Of a stretch of 64,000 bases of DNA, positions 62,075 through 64,000 are shown in pieces (position 1 is the stretch's first letter; each line of letters opens with the position of its first letter). The notes under the pieces are model-generated. The model did not search any database. It was not told the origin of the DNA and saw only the letters and a program-made list of their open reading frames with translations. The translations under genes and the position numbers were made by a program. The stretch covers positions 85,870,001 to 85,934,000 of the forward strand of contig OZ360227.1 in assembly GCA_977017645.1 (NCBI GenBank), read 5' to 3'. Source of the DNA: Torpedo marmorata (Eukaryota).

Positions 62075-64000
62075 GAACATAAGAACAGAAGAAAGTAGGA
62101 ACAGGAGTAGGCCAACCGGCCCATCGAACCTGCTCCGCCATTCAATAAGATCATGGCTGATCTGATCAATGACCTAACTCCACCTACCTGCCCTTTCCCC
62201 ATATCCCCTAATTCCTTTTTTTATGTAAAAATCTATCCAACTGAACCTTAAATATGTTTAATGAAGCAGCCTCAACTGCTTCCCTGGGTAGAGAATTCCA
62301 CAAATTCACCACTCTTTGGGAAAAACTGTTTTTCCTCATCTGTCCTAAATCTACTCCCCCAAATCTTGAGGCTGTGTCCCCTAGTTTTGGTCTCACCCAC
62401 CAGTGAAAAAAACCTTCCCACCTCTATCCTATCCATCCCCTTCATAATTCTATATATTTCTATAAGATCTCCTCTCATTCTTCTGAACTCAAGCGAGTAT
62501 AATCCCAGACGATTTAATCTTTCATCATAAGTCAACCCTTTCATCTCAGGGATCAACCTAGTAAACTTCCTCTGGACTGCCTCCAAGGCCAGTATATCCT
62601 TCCTCAAATATGGAGACCAGAACTACACACAGTACTCCAGGTGCGGTCTCACCAGTACCTTGTATAGTTGCAACATTACCTCCTTGCTCCTGAATTCAAT
62701 TCCTCTAGCGATGAAGGCCAACATTCCATTTGCCTTCTTAATAACCTGCTGCACCTGCAACCCAACTTTTTGCGATTCCTGCACAAGCACTCCCAAGTCC
62801 TTCTGCACAACAGCATGCTGCAGTTTTTCACCATTTAAATAATACTCTGCTCTTTTATTTTTCTTGCCAAAGTGGATAACCTCGCACTTACTAACATTGT
62901 ACTTCATCTGCCAGACCTTTGTCCACTCACCTAACTTAACTATATCCCTCTGCAGCCTCTCCATAACCTCAGTACAATTTACTCTTTCACTCAATGTAGT
63001 ATCATCTGCAAACTTGGCTACACCATATTTTGCCCCCTCCTCCAAATCATCAATGTAAATGATGAACAGTTGTGGGCCCAGCACCGACCCCTGCGGCACC
63101 CCACTTACCACTGTCTACCAATCAGAAAAACACCCATGTATCCCGACTCTCTGCCTCCTGTCAGACAACCAATCCTCAATCCATGCCAATATATTTCCCT
63201 GGACTCCATTCACCTGTAACTTACTGATGAGTCTCTTGTGCAGCACCTTATCAAACGCTTTCTGGAAATCCAAATATACAACATCAACCTGTTCCCCTTT
63301 ATCTACCCCACCCATTATGTCCTCAAAGAACTCTAACAAGTTTGTCAAACAAGATCTGCCCTTCCTAAACCCATGCTGCATCTGCCTGATTGAACCCCTT
63401 CGTTCTAAATGTCTCACTATTTCATCCTTAATGACAGCTTCAAGCATTTTCCCAACTACAGACGTTAAGCTAATTGGCCGATAGTTCCCAGTCTTCTGCC
63501 TACATCCCTTCTTAAAAAGTGGCGTGACATTTGCTGTCTTCCAATCTGCCGGGACCTGCCCAGACTCCAGAGAATTTTGGTATATGACCACCAATGCATC
63601 GACTATAACTTCTGCCATTTCCCTCAGAACCCTGGGATGCATTTCATCAGGACCAGGGGATTTGTCCAGCGTTAGTCCCATTAGTTTGCTCATCACTACC
63701 TCCTTTGTAACAACTATTTTATCAAGGCCTTCACCAACATTCGCATCCCTATCTCCACTCTTTGGCATGCTGGACGTGTCTTCCACCGTGAAGACCGATA
63801 CAAAATATTTGTTCAAGGCTTCGGCCAATTCCTCATTATTCAATATCAATTTCCCTCTTTCATCTTCCAAGGATCTTATGTTAACTCTCGCCACCCTCTT
63901 CCGTTTTATATATTTATAAAAATTTTTGCTATCTGTTTTTATATTTTGTACCAATTTACCTTCATAATCCTTTCTCCCCTTTCTTATTACCCACTTTGTT
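62075..64000 (-). mobile_element. CR1 LINE ORF2 (RT), single frame with two nonsense codons
   Basis: KSPGPD, NYRPISLTS, QHGFRKGRSCLTNL, DFQKAFD, GVPQGSVLGP, KFADDT. TTCTTATG-type tail. Confidence 0.93.

Larger units (their letters stand above)
58961..62075 (+). mobile_element. BEL/Pao LTR retrotransposon 5' portion (putative LTR + gag) in HSPD1 intron 3
   Basis: Gag motifs FDGDPLQYQAFMRSF, YYLEMFTEGQPKELVKSC, AKSLLEQHFGN, ILEKLPYKM at 61600-62075. LTR limits (~58961-60010) are tentative. Confidence 0.75.

Overview
Vertebrate nuclear DNA, most likely a cartilaginous fish. This is inferred from the V-SINE, CR1, Penelope and Rex-Babar repeat mix and from the host proteins. Two spliced genes lie tail-to-tail: COQ10B (+, exons 2-5, 33099-44971; exon 1 not found) and HSPD1/mitochondrial HSP60 (-, exons 4-12, 46228-57761; exons 1-3 beyond the window). 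Most of the remaining sequence is nested transposable elements. Notable points: (1) an apparently intact DD35D pogo/Passer transposon with a matching non-autonomous element; (2) possible overlap of the COQ10B and HSPD1 3'UTRs depending on poly(A) site choice; (3) minimal hammerhead ribozyme motifs in Penelope termini; (4) a BEL/Pao Gag with an N-terminal SAP-like domain and a perfect heptad expansion; (5) a Gmr1-order (IN before RT) gypsy and a tRNA-Trp-primed CsRn1-like gypsy; (6) a GC-AG intron in HSPD1. I see no clear evidence of a wholly new system. Family assignments come from reading motifs by eye, not from database searches, and boundaries of degraded repeats are approximate.
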